Source: Nemertoderma westbladi
Taxonomy: Eukaryota > Animalia > Xenacoelomorpha
Direction of reading: 5' to 3'
Length of the DNA stretch: 64,000 bases
Assembly (NCBI GenBank): GCA_032718475.1
Contig: JAUCBJ010009136.1
Coordinates: 124,001 to 188,000, forward strand
The notes below the pieces were generated by a model. That model was not told the DNA's origin. It saw nothing but the letters and a program-made list of their open reading frames with translations, and did no database searches. Both the position numbers and the translations under genes were made by a program. Of the stretch, positions 12,481-25,700 are shown in pieces. Numbering within the stretch: the first letter of the stretch is position 1; each line of letters starts with the position of its first letter.

Positions 12481-13813
12481 GTAAGAATAGAAAGGAATTA
12501 CCACGTATTCTACCGGCTGTGCGCAGGGGCCCCTAAGGATCTACAGAAGAAACTCAAACTCACTTCACCCGATAGCTTTACGGTAAGAATAGAAAGGAAT
12601 TACCACGTATTCTACCGACTGTGCGCAGGGGCCCCTAAGGATCTACAGAAGAAACTCAAACTCACTTCACCCGATAGCTTTACGGTAAGAATAGAAAGGA
12701 ATTACCACGTATTCTACCGGCTGTGCGCAGGGGCCCCTAAGGATCTACAGAAGAAACTCAAACTCACTTCACCCGATAGCTTTACGGTAAGAATAGAAAG
12801 GAATTACCACGTATTCTACCGACTGTGCGCAGGGGCCCCTAAGGATCTACAGAAGAAACTCAAACTCACTTCACCCGATAGCTTTACGGTAAGAATAGAA
12901 AGGAATTACCACGTATTCTACCGACTGTGCGCAGGGGCCCCTAAGGATCTACAGAAGAAACTCAAACTCACTTCACCCGATAGCTTTACGGTAAGAATAG
13001 AAAGGAATTACCACGTATTCTACCGGCTGTGCGCAGGGGCCCCTAAGGATCTACAGAAGAAACTCAAACTCACTTCACCCGATAGCTTTACGGTAAGAAT
13101 AGAAAGGAATTACCACGTATTCTACCGACTGTGCGCAGGGGCCCCTAAGGATCTACAGAAGAAACTCAAACTCACTTCACCCGATAGCTTTACGGTAAGA
13201 ATAGAAAGGAATTACCACGTATTCTACCGACTGTGCGCAGGGGCCCCTAAGGATCTACAGAAGAAACTCAAACTCACTTCACCCGATAGCTTTACGGTAA
13301 GAATAGAAAGGAATTACCACGTATTCTACCGACTGTGCGCAGGGGCCCCTAAGGATCTACAGAAGAAACTCAAACTCACTTCACCCGATAGCTTTACGGT
13401 AAGAATAGAAAGGAATTACCACGTATTCTACCGACTGTGCGCAGGGGCCCCTAAGGATCTACAGAAGAAACTCAAACTCACTTCACCCGATAGCTTTACG
13501 GTAAGAATAGAAAGGAATTACCACGTATTCTACCGACTGTGCGCAGGGGCCCCTAAGGATCTACAGAAGAAACTCAAACTCACTTCACCCGATAGCTTTA
13601 CGGTAAGAATAGAAAGGAATTACCACGTATTCTACCGACTGTGCGCAGGGGCCCCTAAGGATCTACAGAAGAAACTCAAACTCACTTCACCCGATAGCTT
13701 TACGGTAAGAATAGAAAGGAATTACCACGTATTCTACCGACTGTGCGCAGGGGCCCCTAAGGATCTACAGAAGAAACTCAAACTCACTTCACCCGATAGC
13801 TTTACGGTAAGAA
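12388..13813 (+). repeat. 102-bp tandem repeat of the exon A 3' end plus donor, 14 copies
   Basis: GT donors run from 12481 to 13807 at exact 102-bp spacing. The unit is 93 nt of exon plus gtaagaata. Confidence 0.97.
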
Positions 13814-16800
13814 ACTCAAACTCAGTTCACCTGATAGCTTTACGGTAAGAAACTCAAACTCAGTTCAGCCGATAGCTTTACGGTAAGAAACTCAAACTCA
13901 GTTCACACGATAGCTTTATGGTAAGAATCTCAAACTCAAACTCAGTTCACCGGATAGCTTTACGGTAAGAAACTCAAACTCAGTTCACACGATAGCTTTA
14001 CGGTAAGAAACTCAAACTCTGTTCACCCGATAGCTTTACGGTAAGAAACTCAAACTCAGTTCACCTGATAGCTTTACGGTAAGAAACTCAAACTCAGTTC
14101 ACACGATAGCTTTACGGAAAGAAACTCAAACTCAGTTCACCTGATAGCTTTACGGTAAGAAACTCAAACTCAGTTCACACGATAGCTTTACGGTAAGAAA
14201 CTCAAACTCAGTTCACCGGATAGCTTTACGGTAAGAAACTCAAACTCAGTTCACCTGATAGCTTTACGGTAAGAAACTCAAACTCAGTTCACACGATAGC
14301 TTTATGGTAAGAATCTCAAACTCAAACTCAGTTCACCGGATAGCTTTACGGTAAGAAACTCAAACTCAGTTCACACGATAGCTTTACGGTAAGAAACTCA
14401 AACTCTGTTCACCCGATAGCTTTACGGTAAGAAACTCAAACTCAGTTCACCTGATAGCTTTACGGTAAGAAACTCAAACTCAGTTCACCTGATAGCTTTA
14501 CGGTAAGAAACTCAAACTCAGTTCACACGATAGCTTTACGGTAAGAAACTCAAACTCTGTTCACCCAATAGCTTTACGGTAAGAAACTCAAACTCAGTTC
14601 ACCTGATAGCTTTACGGTAAGAAACTCAAACTCAGTTCACACGATAGCTTTACGGAAAGAAACTCAAACTCAGTTCACCTGATAGCTTTACGGTAAGAAA
14701 CTCAAACTCAGTTCACACGATAGCTTTACGGTAAGAAACTCAAACTCTGTTCACCCGATAGCTTTACGGTAAGAAACTCAAACTCAGTTCACCTGATAGC
14801 TTTACGGTAAGAAACTCAAACTCAGTTCACACGATAGCTTTATGGTAAGAATCTCAAACTCAAACTCAGTTCACACGATAGCTTTACGGTAAGAAACTCA
14901 AACTCTGTTCAGCCGATAGCTTTACGGTAAGAAACTCAAAGTCAGTTCACCCGATAGCTTTACGGAAAGAAACTCAAACTCTGTTCACCCGATAGCTTTA
15001 CGGTAAGAAACTCAAAGTCAGTTCAGCCGATAGCTTTATGGTAAGAAACTCAAACTCAGTTCACACGATAGCTTTACGGTAAGAAACTCAAACTCAGTTC
15101 ACCGGATAGCTTTACGGTAAGAAACTCAAACTCAGTTCACACGATAGCTTTACGGTAAGAAACTCAAACTCAGTTCACACGATAGCTTTATGGTAAGAAT
15201 CTCAAACTCAAACTCAGTTCACACGATAGCTTTACGGTAAGAAACTCAAACTCTGTTCAGCCGATAGCTTTACGGTAAGAAACTCAAAGTCAGTTCGTTC
15301 ACCCGATAGCTTTACGGTAAGAAACTCAAACTCAGTTCACCTGATAGCTTTACGGTAAGAAACTCAAACTCAGTTCACACGATAGCTTTATGGTAAGAAT
15401 CTCAAACTCAAACTCAGTTCACCGGATAGCTTTACGGTAAGAAACTCAAACTCAGTTCACACGATAGCTTTACGGTAAGAAACTCAAAGTCAGTTCACCC
15501 GATAGCTTTACGGTAAGAAACTCAAACTCAGTTCACCTGATAGCTTTACGGTAAGAAACTCAAACTCAGATCACACGATAGCTTTACGGTAAGAAACTCA
15601 AACTCAGTTCACACGATAGCTTTACGGTAAGAAACTCAAACTCAGTTCACACGATAGCTTTACGGTAAGAAACTCAAACTCAGTTCACCGGATAGCTTTA
15701 CGGTAAGAAACTCAAACTCAGTTCACACGATAGCTTTACGGTAAGAAACTCAAACTCAGTTCACACGATAGCTTTATGGTAAGAATCTCAAACTCAAACT
15801 CAGTTCACACGATAGCTTTACGGTAAGAAACTCAAACTCTGTTCAGCCGATAGCTTTACGGTAAGAAACTCAAAGTCAGTTCGTTCACCCGATAGCTTTA
15901 CGGTAAGAAACTCAAACTCAGTTCACCTGATAGCTTTACGGTAAGAAACTCAAACTCAGTTCACACGATAGCTTTATGGTAAGAATCTCAAACTCAAACT
16001 CAGTTCACCGGATAGCTTTACGGTAAGAAACTCAAACTCAGTTCACACGATAGCTTTACGGTAAGAAACTCAAAGTCAGTTCACCCGATAGCTTTACGGT
16101 AAGAAACTCAAACTCAGTTCACCTGATAGCTTTACGGTAAGAAACTCAAACTCAGATCACACGATAGCTTTACGGTAAGAAACTCAAACTCAGTTCACAC
16201 GATAGCTTTACGGTAAGAAACTCAAACTCAGTTCACCCGATAGCTTTACGGTAAGAAACTCAAACTCAGTTCACCGGATAGCTTTACGGTAAGAAACTCA
16301 AACTCAGTTCACCTGATAGCTTTACGGTAAGAAACTCAAACTCAGTTCACACGATAGCTTTATGGTAAGAATCTCAAACTCAAACTCAGTTCACACGATA
16401 GCTTTACGGTAAGAATCTCAAACTCAAACTCAGTTCACCGGATAGCTTTACGGTAAGAAACTCAAACTCAGTTCACACGATAGCTTTACGGTAAGAAACT
16501 CAAACTCAGTTCACACGATAGCTTTACGGTAAGAAACTCAAACTCAGTTCACCCGATAGCTTTACGGTAAGAAACTCAAACTCTGTTCACACGATAGCTT
16601 TATGGTAAGAATCTCAAACTCAAACTCAGTTCACACGATAGCTTTACGGTAAGAAACTCAAACTCTGTTCAGCCGATAGCTTTACGGTAAGAAACTCAAA
16701 GTCAGTTCACCCGATAGCTTTACGGTAAGAAACTCAAACTCAGTTCACCTGATAGCTTTACGGTAAGAAACTCAAACTCAGTTCACCGGATAGCTTTACG

Positions 16801-19800
16801 GTAAGAAACTCAAACTCAGTTCACCTGATAGCTTTACGGTAAGAAACTCAAACTCAGTTCACCGGATAGCTTTACGGTAAGAAACTCAAACTCAGTTCAC
16901 ACGATAGCTTTACGGTAAGAAACTCAAACTCAGTTCACCGGATAGCTTTACGGTAAGAAACTCAAACTCAGTTCACACGATAGCTTTACGGTAAGAAACT
17001 CAAACTCAGTTCACCGGATAGCTTTACGGTAAGAAACTCAAACTCAGTTCACCCGATAGCTTTACGGTAAGAAACTCAAACTCAGTTCACACGATAGCTT
17101 TACGGTAAGAAACTCAAACTCAGTTCACCCGATAGCTTTACGGTAAGAAACTCAAACTCTGTTCACACGATAGCTTTATGGTAAGAATCTCAAACTCAAA
17201 CTCAGTTCACACGATAGCTTTACGGTAAGAAACTCAAACTCTGTTCAGCCGATAGCTTTACGGTAAGAAACTCAAAGTCAGTTCACCCGATAGCTTTACG
17301 GTAAGAAACTCAAACTCAGTTCACCTGATAGCTTTACGGTAAGAAACTCAAACTCAGTTCACCGGATAGCTTTACGGTAAGAAACTCAAACTCAGTTCAC
17401 CTGATAGCTTTACGGTAAGAAACTCAAACTCAGTTCACCGGATAGCTTTACGGTAAGAAACTCAAACTCAGTTCACACGATAGCTTTACGGTAAGAAACT
17501 CAAACTCAGTTCACCGGATAGCTTTACGGTAAGAAACTCAAACTCAGTTCACACGATAGCTTTACGGTAAGAAACTCAAACTCAGTTCACCGGATAGCTT
17601 TACGGTAAGAAACTCAAACTCAGTTCACACGATAGCTTTACGGTAAGAAACTCAAAGTCAGTTCACCCGATAGCTTTACGGTAAGAAACTCAAACTCAGT
17701 TCACCGGATAGCTTTACGGTAAGAAACTCAAACTCAGTTCACCGGATAGCTTTATGGTAAGAATCTCAAACTCAAACTCAGTTCACCGGATAGCTTTACG
17801 GTAAGAAACTCAAACTCAGTTCACACGATAGCTTTACGGTAAGAAACTCAAACTCTGTTCACCCGATAGCTTTACGGTAAGAAACTCAAACTCAGTTCAC
17901 CTGATAGCTTTACGGTAAGAAACTCAAACTCAGTTCACACGATAGCTTTATGGTAAGAATCTCAAACTCAAACTCAGTTCACCCGATAGCTTTACGGTAA
18001 GAAACTCAAACTCTGTTCAGCCGATAGCTTTACGGTAAGAAACTCAAACTCTGTTCACCCGATAGCTTTACGGTAAGAAACTCAAACTCAGTTCACACGA
18101 TAGCTTTATGGTAAGAATCTCAAACTCAAACTCAGTTCACCCGATAGCTTTACGGTAAGAAACTCAAACTCAGTTCACCTGATAGCTTTACGGTAAGAAA
18201 CTCAAACTCAGTTCACACGATAGCTTTATGGTAAGAATCTCAAACTCAAACTCAGTTCACCGGATAGCTTTACGGTAAGAAACTCAAACTCAGTTCACCC
18301 GATAGCTTTATGGTAAGAATCTCAAACTCAGTTCACCCGATAGCTTTACGGTAAGAAACTCAAACTCAGTTCACCGGATAGCTTTACGGTAAGAAACTCA
18401 AACTCAGTTCACACGATAGCTTACGGTAAGAAACTCAAACTCTGTTCACCCGATAGCTTTACGGTAAGAAACTCAAACTCAGTTCACCTGATAGCTTTAC
18501 GGTAAGAAACTCAAACTCAGTTCACCCGATAGCTTTACGGTAAGAAACTCAAACTCAGTTCACACGATAGCTTTACGGTAAGAAACTCAAACTCAGTTCA
18601 TCCGATAGCTTTACGGTAAGAAACTCAAACTCAGTTCACCGGATAGCTTTACGGTAAGAAACTCAAACTCAGTTCACCCGATAGCTTTACGGTAAGAAAC
18701 TCAAACTCAGTTCACACGATAGCTTTACGGTAAGAAACTCAAACTCTGTTCACCGGATAGCTTTACGGTAAGAAACTCAAACTCAGTTCACCGGATAGCT
18801 TTACGGTAAGAAACTCAAACTCTGTTCAGCCGATAGCTTTACGGTAAGAAACTCAAAGTCAGTTCGTTCACCCGATAGCTTTACGGTAAGAAACTCAAAC
18901 TCAGTTCACCTGATAGCTTTACGGTAAGAAACTCAAACTCAGTTCACACGATAGCTTTATGGTAAGAATCTCAAACTCAAACTCAGTTCACCGGATAGCT
19001 TTACGGTAAGAAACTCAAACTCAGTTCACACGATAGCTTTACGGTAAGAAACTCAAACTCAGTTCACCGGATAGCTTTACGGTAAGAAACTCAAACTCAG
19101 TTCACCTGATAGCTTTACGGTAAGAAACTCAAACTCAGTTCACACGATAGCTTTATGGTAAGAATCTCAAACTCAAACTCAGTTCACACGATAGCTTTAC
19201 GGTAAGAAACTCAAACTCTGTTCAGCCGATAGCTTTACGGTAAGAAACTCAAAGTCAGTTCACCCGATAGCTTTACGGTAAGAAACTCAAACTCAGTTCA
19301 CCTGATAGCTTTACGGTAAGAAACTCAAACTCAGTTCACCGGATAGCTTTACGGTAAGAAACTCAAACTCAGTTCACACGATAGCTTTACGGTAAGAAAC
19401 TCAAACTCAGTTCACCGGATAGCTTTACGGTAAGAAACTCAAACTCAGTTCACCCGATAGCTTTACGGAAAGAAACTCAAACTCAGCTCACCCGATAGCT
19501 TTACGGTAAGAAACTCAAACTCTGTTCAGCCGATAGCTTTACGGTAAGAAACTCAAACTCAGTTCACCCGATAGCTTTACGGAAAGAAACTCAAACTCAG
19601 TTCACCCGATAGCTTTACGGAAAGAAACTCAAACTCAGTTCACCCGATAGCTTTACGGTAAGAAACTCAAACTCAGTTCACCCGATAGCTTTACGGAAAG
19701 AAACTCAAATTCAGTTTACCCGGTAGCTTTACGGAAAGAAGCTCAAACTCAGTTCACCCGATAGCTTTACGGTAAGAAACTCAAACTCAGTTCACCCGAT

Positions 19801-21040
19801 AGCTTTACGGTAAGAAACTCAAAGTCAGTTCACCCGATAGCTTTATGGTAAGAAACTCAAACTCTGTTCACCCGATAACTTTACGGTAAGAAACTCAAAC
19901 TATGTTCACCCGATAGCTTTACGGTAAGAAACTCAAACTATGTTCACACGATAGCTTTACGGTAAGAAACTCAAAGTCAGTTCACCCGATAGCTTTATGG
20001 TAAGAAACTCAAACTCTGTTCACCCGATAGCTTTACGGTAAGAAACTCAAACTCTGTTCACCCGATAGCTTTACGGTAAGAAACTCAAAGTCAGTTCACC
20101 CGATAGCTTTATGGTAAGAAACTCAAACTCTGTTCACCCGATAGCTTTACGGTAAGAAACTCAAACTCTGTTCACCCGATAGCTTTACGGTAAGAAACTC
20201 AAAGTCAGTTCACCCGATAGCTTTATGGTAAGAAACTCAAACTCAGTTCACCCGATAGCTTTACGGTAAGAAACTCAAACTCTGTTCACCCGATAGCTTT
20301 ACGGTAAGAAACTCAAACTCACTTCACCCGATAGCTTTACGGTAAGAAACTCAAACTCTGTTCACCCGATAGCTTTACGGTAAGAAACTCAAACTCAGTT
20401 CACCGGATAGCTTTACGGAAAGAAACTCAAACTCAGTTCACCCGATAGCTTTACGGTAAGAAACTCAAACTCAGTTCACCCGATAGCTTTACGGTAAGAA
20501 ACTCAAACTCAGTTCACCCGATAGCTTTACGGTAAGAAACTCAAACTCAGTTCACCGGATAGCTTTACGGAAAGAAACTCAAACTCAGTTCACCCGATAG
20601 CTTTACGGTAAGAAACTCAAACTCAGTTCACCCGATAGCTTTACGGTAAGAAACTCAAACTCAGTTCACCGGATAGCTTTACGGTAAGAAACTCAAACTC
20701 AGTTCACCCGATAGCTTTACGGTAAGAAACTCAAACTCAGTTCAGCCGATAGCTTTACGGTAAGAAACTCAAACTCAGTTCACCGGATAGCTTTACGGAA
20801 AGAAACTCAAACTCTGTTTACCCGATAGCTTTATGGTAAGAAACTCAAACTATGTTTACCCGATAGCTTTATGGTAAGAAACTCAAAACTCAGTTCACCG
20901 GATAGCTTTACGGTAAGAAACTCAAACTATGTTCACCCGATAGCTTTACGGTAAGAAACTCAAACTCAGTTCACCCGATAGCTTTACGGTAAGAAACTCA
21001 AACTATGTTCACCCGATAGCTTTATGGTAAGAAACTCAAA
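13807..21040 (+). repeat. 38-bp tandem repeat (with 44-bp variants) derived from the exon A end plus donor, about 190 copies
   Basis: Unit gtaagaaactcaaactcagttcacccgatagctttacg matches the last ~36 nt of exon A plus GT. Confidence 0.97.
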
Positions 21041-21510
21041 GAGTGCCTGGAGAGATCTGATTTCCAGATGGTATCCATTTTTGATAGAGCTACCCAAGCC
21101 TTTGCTTTCCTAACTTCTATGTCCTTTTTGCTACTCTCTACCCATGATCCAAGGTACTGGAAGTCGTCGACCTTCCTTAGTTGATTATTATCAATGGTTG
21201 TAAAGTTTCCATCAACATTAAAGGTCATGAATTCGGTCTTGGTAGCATTTATATGCAATCCAACCTCCTTAGCAGCCCTCTACACTTTATTTAGTAGAAG
21301 CTGTGCATCTGCTAGCGTATTAGAGAGCAGGGCGATGTCATCCGCAAAGTCGGTGTCTGTGAATGCAGTTGCCGGATTTATACTACTTCTGCGTTCTTGA
21401 AGTGTGAATCCCAGATCTTCACCCTTTGTGGCCGTCCTCATTGCGTAATCCAGCACAATTACAAATAGTAATGGTGCTAATGTGTCACCTTGCAGTACGC
21501 CAGCCAGGAC
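21041..21510 (-). mobile_element. RTE-like LINE internal RT fragment, truncated at both ends
   Basis: The - strand translation includes GVLQGDTLAPLLF, TDFADDIAL and DFQYLGSW. Confidence 0.88.
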
Positions 21511-21750
21511 TTATCGGCTTTGAGGCGCCCCTTTGCACAGTTTTGGCTCGTACGCAGTAGTTACTCTATATTATCTGGTACGTTATCCTAACCAAAACAT
21601 TAAAAGTCAATAGAACCACCCCTATTTTTGAAGTCTTTTATTCTACAAGTACATTAGACAACCACAATCATTTTCTAACCTTCAAAAATGATATATTTCT
21701 TGTTTCTTACAGAAATACGCCAAATGTTTGTATTAAATATTCCTTTTCAG

Positions 21751-21925
21751 TACCTTAAGAGCGGCTCGTTAACCGACCCTCAACTAGATGACGCTGCCGA
21801 CTATAAACGTATGGAGGAATCCATGGCCAATGTAGGTCTCGGTGAGACCGATCGTTTCAACATATTCCGTGTTATAGCGGCTGTACTTCATCTTGGTAAT
21901 ATAGACTTTGATGACAATGATAAAG
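21751..21925 (+). CDS. MYO6: Myosin VI exon B (YLKSGSLTDPQLDD...FRVIAAVLHLGNIDF...)
   Basis: Acceptor ccttttcag, donor gtgagt, 175 nt, phase 0/1. It has the VLHLGNI motif and matches MYO6 YLKAGSMKDPLLDD. Confidence 0.92.
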
Positions 21926-22711
21926 GTGAGTGTGTCGGCCACATCCACCCAAATTGTGGAATATGTTTGCTAATATCGACATCTTTATATACACAGCCAT
22001 GAACCGCGTACAACACATCGACGACGTACCCCGCTCCCCCCCCCCCCCCCTCCCCTAACACACCGGGGGGGGGGGGGGGGGGGGGTTGGTTGGGTACGAA
22101 TACCTAATGTGCTCAAACACTGTACCACACAACCACACCATGAATTTTTTAAGTGAATCAATAACCAAGAAAGCAGATGTGTCATATCCAAATACACCGT
22201 ATCACATACCTCGAAATAAACCCAACACTTAAAAGACCCTCAGCCTACGACTACGACCAAATGTATTCATCGGGATTTCGCACGTTTGCGTACGATTTAT
22301 CACAAACCATATAATAGAGATAAGAGAGATAGACCAGGACACTGATTGGCTACAGCTTGTTTTCCTTAAGTTTCCTGACACCACGACCACCCCCTTGTGA
22401 AATTGTGAACAAGAACATTATTATTATTATTATTATTATTTATTTCTATAACACAAAAGTAATACTATATAAACACAATAAAAAATATTACAGTAATATA
22501 GTAAGATTCTATGTACACACACACTGTAACATACTGTAGAGGGTTACCTCTAAAGCGTCGCTACAATACTAATCACAACGGTGCAATGTATAATACTAAT
22601 AGTAAAGGTAGTAATTTTCGGATTTGAGTTTGCAAAGTTCTCATTGAACATTGAAATTATTCAAATGAAATGATAATGTAACCTGACTGTCTGATGTTCC
22701 ACATTACAGAG

Positions 22712-25700
22712 TAGGTCCTTTGGTCATTAGGTCCTTTGGTCGTTAGGTCCTTTGGTCGTTAGGTCCTTTGGTCGTTAGGTCCTTTCGTCGTTAGGTCCTT
22801 TGGTCGTTAAGTCCTGCGGCGTGTGGTCCTGCGGCGTGTGGTCCTGCGGCGTTTGGTCCCTTGGTCGTTAGGTCCCTTGGTCGTTAGGTCCTTTGGTCGA
22901 TGCGTCCTTTGGTCATTGCGCCCTTTGGTCATTGCGTCCTTTGGTCGTTGCGTCCTTTGGTCGTTGCGTCCTTTGGTCGTTAGGTCCTGCGGCGTTTGGT
23001 CCTTTGGTCGTTTGGTCCTTTGGTCGTTAGGTCCTTTGGTCGATGCGTCCTTTGGCCATTGCGTCCTTAGGTGATTACGTCCTTTGGTCGTTGCGTCCTT
23101 TGGTCGTTGCGTCCTCCTTTGGTCGTTAGGTCCTGCGGCGTTTTGTCCTTTGGTCGTTAGGTCCCTTCGTCGTTAGGTCCCTTCGTCGTTAGGTCCCTTC
23201 GTCGTTGGGTCCCTTGGTCGTTAGGTCCCTTTGTCGTTGCGTCCTTTGGTCGTTGCGTCCTTTGGTCGTTGCGTCCTTTGGTCGTTAGGTCCTGCGGCGT
23301 TTGGTCCTTTGGTCGTTAGGTCCCTTCGTCGTTAGGTCCCTTGGTCGTTAGGTCCCTTGGTCGTTAGGTCCCTTGGTCGTTAGGTCCCTTTGTCGTTGCG
23401 TCCTTTGGTCGTTGCGTCCTTTGGTCGTTGCGTCCTTTGGTCGTTAGGTCCTGCGGCGTTTGGTCCTTTGGTCGTTAGGTCCCTTCGTCGTTAGGTCCCT
23501 TGGTCGTTAGGTCCCTTGGTCGTTAGGTCCCTTGGTCGTTGCGTCCTTTGGTCGTTTGGTCCTGCGGCGTTTGGTCCCTTGGTCATTAGGTCCTGCGGCG
23601 TTAGGTCCTTTGGTCGTTAGGTCCCTTCGTCGTTAGGTCCCTTCGTCGTTAGGTCCCTTGGTCGTTAGGTCCCTTGGTCGTTAGGTCCCTTGGTCGTTAG
23701 GTCCCTTGGTCGTTGCGTCCTTTGGTCGTTTGGTCCTGCGGCGTTTGGTCCCTTGGTCATTAGGTCCTGCGGCGTTAGGTCCTTTGGTCGTTAGGTCCGT
23801 TGGTCGTTAGGTCCCTTGGTCGTTGCGTCCTTTGGTCGTTGCGTCCTTTGGTCGTTAGGTCCTGCGGCGTTTGGTCCTTTGGTCGTTAGGTCCCTTCGTC
23901 GTTAGGTCCCTTGGTCGTTAGGTCCCTTGTTCGTTAGGTCCCTTGGTCGTTAGGTCCCTTTGTCGTTGCGTCCTTTGGTCGTTGCGTCCTTTGGTCGTTA
24001 GGTCCTGCGGCGTTTGGTCCTTTGGTCGTTAGGTCCCTTCGTCGTTAGGTCCCTTGGTCGTTAGGTCCCTTGGTCGTTAGGTCCCTTGGTCGTTAGGTCC
24101 CTTGGTCGTTGCGTCCTTTGGTCCTGCGGCGTTTGGTCCCTTGGTCATTAGGTCCTGCGGCGTTAGGTCCTTTGGTCGTTAGGTCCTTTGGTCGTTAGGT
24201 CCCTTGGTCGCTAGGTCCTGCGGCGTCTGGTCCTTTGGTCGTTAGGTCCCTTCATCGTTAATTTCAATTTCAATTTTCAATCCGGGATAGGCCCGGGCCT
24301 TTAATTTCGGAAGTTCACCTTTCGATATCGTTATACAGTATATTGCAAAAACCCAACACCAAAGGTAACCATAAAATGTTTAAGGTTGATCAGTATTTAT
24401 TCATGAATGTGGGTGATATGATAGGCCTAATGATAATATGCCGTAGCCGTGGGGTGTTGGGGTGCAGCCAGTGGTCAGCTGTAGCAAAGCTAGTATAGAT
24501 TTCCACTGGTGCATGACTGTGAAAGGTTTAGTGGACTGATCAGGAGGGGGGGGGGGGGGGGGGGGGGGGACTTGATAGATTCGAAAGGAGATAATTCAGT
24601 GTGCTCGGAATGTAAAAATCATGTTTATGAAATAGTTGCTAGCTAGTGGGACCCATCAGGAATATACTGCACATTGGATATATTGGAGATGTTTTATTGT
24701 ATATAGGTCAAACATAGATAAATACAGTATAGGTCTAACTTGAGTATGGACAGTATGCCTAAGTCGCAAAGTGGATACTTTATTTGTGGAATCTTTACCA
24801 GCTTCAAGACAAGGCATCGAGAAAACGTTTTTTTAATTTATTTGCTAGGGCATTTTTAGATAGTGAGTTTTTAAGTTCTAAGGGTAAATCATTCCAAATT
24901 TTAGGTCCTGTATATTTTATAGAATTTTGGGAAAGTTGTAAGCGGACACGAGGGACAAAGAACTTTTGTGTAGAAGCAGAGCGCGTGGAATATTTGTGTA
25001 TTGTACTTGTGTGACGGAATATTTTTTGCATGGTTTCAGTTTTCTTATGTTTGTTAATGTCGTACATAAATTTAGCTACTTCTAGGTCAAATAATTTTTC
25101 TAGTGGGAGGATTTGTAGAGATTTATAAATAGGTGACTGCATGCGCTTGGTAATGGCTAAATGTTATTGCTCTGATTATCTTATTTATTTTTACTTTTAT
25201 TTTCGACGTGTTATAGTTGTAGCTATTTCCCCACATTAAAATTCCGTACAGTATGTGAGGGTGAACTAGTGCAAAGTACAGGGTTCTCATAATGTGTAGA
25301 GGTAAAATGTGTCGCAATTTAACGAAAATACCAGATAATTTGGATATTTTAGAGAGTATGTATTCACAATGAGTCGACCAGTTAATTTTATTATCAATAT
25401 ATATACCTAAAAACTTAGTGGCGGTAGCTTCCGTAAGATTAGTGGATCGTATAGTGATGTTGGGTGTTATATAGTTCCTAGAGTTGTTAAAGATTATATA
25501 TTCAGTTTTTTTAAGGTTTAGGGATAATTTATTGTCAATGAGCCAATTGTCTAATTTAGAGAGTTCCGTATTGACTGTCGAGATTAGTGTGTCAGTATTG
25601 CTATGGCAATAGAGTAAAGTTGTGTCGTCTGCAAAGAGTGTGGTGAAAAGTTTGTCACTTGGTCGTTAGGTCCTGCGGCGTCTGGTCCTTTGGTCGTTAG

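Noticed and set aside
12322-13848. The 508-aa ORF as a standalone repeat protein
   Set aside because: It starts at a GTG inside myosin exon A and is readthrough into the 102-bp array; it has no independent start.
13807-21040. CRISPR array (38-bp periodicity)
   Set aside because: The repeats are head-to-tail with no unique spacers, there are no cas genes, and the context is a eukaryotic intron.
21541-21577. Candidate small exon (cag|...|gtacgt) as the missing insert 1
   Set aside because: At 37 nt it breaks the frame and shows no similarity to insert 1.
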